The notes beneath the pieces were generated by a model that saw only the letters and a program-made list of their open reading frames with translations, searched no databases and was not told the DNA's origin. A program made the translations under genes and the position numbers. Positions 61,217-64,000 of a stretch of 64,000 nt of DNA are shown here, piece after piece. The stretch is from Paraphysomonas bandaiensis (Eukaryota; Protista; Chrysophyceae), in NCBI GenBank assembly GCA_965644295.1, contig CBFFRP010000080.1, positions 186,001 to 250,000 on the forward strand. The letters run 5' to 3'. Every line of letters begins with the position of its first letter. Within the stretch, counting starts at the first letter, position 1.

Positions 61217-63074
61217 TTCGTATAACAGAACTTGTCGTAGAATAGAAGCACAAAATAATTTAATGGTAATATATTAGTAGTGGAGGTATCATTGACGTGT
61301 TTTTTGGTCCATACAGCGTTGGAGTGATGAAAGGTTGGAGTGAACAGATTTGTGCAGTTATACTCGAAGTTCGTCATTGTTGCTGGCACGCTAGTACGCG
61401 GTGTACAATATCGCAACTGTGATGTGATATAACTCAACATATCGCTTACGTTCTGCTAGTCTATGTTTTAATATGAATATGCACTACACAATACACATTT
61501 GTGCTTGCTTCATTCATCCACACCTCGACATCTACCTACACACCAATGTTTTCGTCTTGTGATAGGTTTTTTCTTAGGTGTCTTTGCCGAATGTCCTATA
61601 TTTGGGGGTTTTCAACTTTTTTATGGGATTTTCAGATTTTTAGCTCCTGTATCCGCAAAGAGCGTGCGGTACATACACCTACCATCATCATCCTGACATC
61701 ATCTCAACAAGCAGAGGGTGGTCATATCAGATATTTTGCCACTGTTGGGGCACAAAGAAGCTACCAGATTACAATGATATGAATGCATCCATGTTGCAGG
61801 GGTTGACCTGGTCCTGAGGGGCATCAGAAGAGATAGTGAGTCACGAGAGCGTAGTTGAAAAGTATAAGGGAAAAATGACGGGAAATAGAGCTCACTCTTA
61901 TGAGAGTAGAGGACCGCTGTTCTAGTGTCATAAAAATGAAAGAGGAGAAAAGACGAAGAATGTGGTCAATATCATTGCTGAAGGGAATGAGAAACAACAA
62001 CTGGCCTAGTTAGCACCAATGAGAAAGATAGCTGAAATGAGAGCGAAGCAGGCTGCTAACAGATCTTGGAACGCAGTTCGCATGAAGCGATTGTATGGTG
62101 CCTGCAATGTACTATCAAATACTAGGTAGTTCATGACTCATCAAATACGTTTTCATTATTTTAATTTCATTGCCAACTGTTTTGATTTCTTTCTGGTGAT
62201 ATTTATTTATTGTTTCATTTATTACTCTTTGACTTTTCTCACTATATATGAGTACTCTCAGTGGAAGTTATGCATTACACAGGTTACAGTACGTAATAAT
62301 CGAATAACAACAAATTTTAAATTTCTTACTCGGTTAGTGCAAATTTTAAAAAGTAGTATCTATAAAATATAATCCATCTCTATGCACAACATGCTACACA
62401 GTGTGTATCAATATTATAAATATGGTTAGAATTAGAATAGCATGCTACAAGTCGCCTTGTGATTCTACTTCCCAAGGCATGTTGTCAACAAGCAAATGCG
62501 ACACTCACTGTGAGTGTCGAAGTAAGATCGTACGAGAAATGAGTGGTAGTAGAGACTACATGAATGATAAGAGATATTGATTATAATTTATAATTCTCAG
62601 CATTGAGTATAAATTTACTTTCTTTTGTTAAGTTAATACTTCTCATATAATGTCGAACTTTGATAGCAATGAGTCACTACAACTTGTATATTCCGTTTTA
62701 CTACTATATATTTATCGTCATTCATTCTCACAGTACGATTAACAAGGCTACAATTGTATACTACTGTAATTTAAATACCTTATAACTACAGCTTTCAATT
62801 GCTCTCATAGCAGAACTCAACACTCCTCTCAATTCAAAGCTGTAGATAGACTATTCATTTCACAAGACATAACTGACGGATACGCAACCACCGAAAACCA
62901 AACAGGACAAACAAGTGGACGTATGACTCCAACATATCAGCTAGTCTCACTTCACAGTCAACTGATCACCTCTACGTCGTTTGAACGAATTCTCTCTAAT
63001 AACCTCAACAGATGATTTCTGATCCTCTCCTAGACATCTCTTCCTGTGCTTCTCGTAAGTCACACCACACAAAG

Positions 63075-64000
63075 ATTTCGTAAATATGCTGCTGTCTGAT
63101 CATCAGTCCAAACGTTGTACAATATAGTAGTGTTAAAGGGACCATCTGGATCTACGTGTTCCCGAACCCAATGGTACTTGATCTCGATGTGCTTCGAACC
63201 GGATTCAATGCTAAGTCACGATCACTCCTGCTATCCAGGGAAAATGGTATGGGTTCGCGTAGACGAAGTCCTAATTCTTGCATGCCAGCATACATGGCCT
63301 GATAATCACTTTGTATTGATGACATTGAGACAAAAGCCTGTAATATGGACTGCCAGATAAGTGGTCCACCAGCAGCAAACACTATGTATCCAGTCGTAGA
63401 TCGATGTGACACTACATCGCCAGCCCAGTCTGCATCTGAAAAGATATGTATGTCGAAGTGCTTACCACTGAATCGAATACCCTTCCGCACTGTATCCCTA
63501 ACGAACTGTAATTATTGAGTCAATAAACAACATGTAGTAGCCCGAGTAGGTTTATATGCATATCTAGATAACAAACCAACTGCATATGCAATATCAGGGC
63601 GAGTATTCATAGATATATATAACATAGCACCCAGTAGACTGCGATAAGGATAATTATCTACTTCCTCTTTCTCATCAGCTGGGAGATCACTGTCTGCTTG
63701 ATTAATTCTGTCCATGGCTTCAAGAGGTAGCAAAGACTTTTCTTGTTTTTGATGCGGGCCCGAGGAGAAATCAGTGAATTTGTAAACAATTTTCTTCGCA
63801 TATATATGTCTGTTGATCCAGTTGAATGATATCCTGGCCTCAAGTGAAGCGGACATTAAGAAAATGTTCAACTGCTCCGTCATGTCGAAACGGTTGCAGA
63901 ATTTTTTGCTTTTACTTCTGTAATAATATGTTAAAGTCAACACATGCGATGACAATGTCATCCACATACACTTTATGACCTTTATATGCAAAATGATACA
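63075..64000 (-). mobile_element. Ty1/Copia LTR retrotransposon RT-RNase H remnant, running off the window end
   Basis: VYVDDI near 63955-63972, YPYRSLLGAMLYISMNTRPDIAYAVGLLSRY, IFSDADWAGD...RSTTGY, KHIEIKYHWVRE; frameshifted. Confidence 0.92.

Noticed and set aside
61499-62900. Short ORFs and a possible Copia LTR
   Set aside because: No protein motifs; no second LTR copy or clear TG...CA/PPT boundaries within the window.

Overview
Eukaryotic genomic DNA with short GT-AG introns of about 45-55 nt; a stramenopile-like protist is suspected but not provable from this window. About 70% of the window is two giant minus-strand modular type I polyketide synthase genes that read as one assembly line split mid-module. 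PKS-A (8291-30163, 7290 aa) is GNAT-ACP loading, then KS-AT-DH*-KR-ACP, KS-AT-DH-KR-ACP, KS-DH-KR-ACP (no AT), KS-AT-DH-KR-ACP, and KS plus a truncated AT. PKS-B (38223-61216, about 7581 aa after splicing) is DH0-KR-ACP, three KS-AT-DH0-KR-ACP modules, KS-AT-DH0-ACP, and a thioesterase encoded in five small 3' exons that the ORF track misses. Together they give 9 KS and no ER, which predicts a roughly C20 triene-polyol product. A small spliced Cys/His protein, a candidate DNA-binding regulator, lies between the two genes. The flanks carry a divergent housekeeping pair (QCR9/UQCR10 and UTP13/TBL3), a U6 snRNA-like copy with a mutated ACAGAGA box, a dispersed repeat family, and hAT, non-LTR and Copia remnants. 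Domain boundaries are approximate and were read by eye; no database searches were run.
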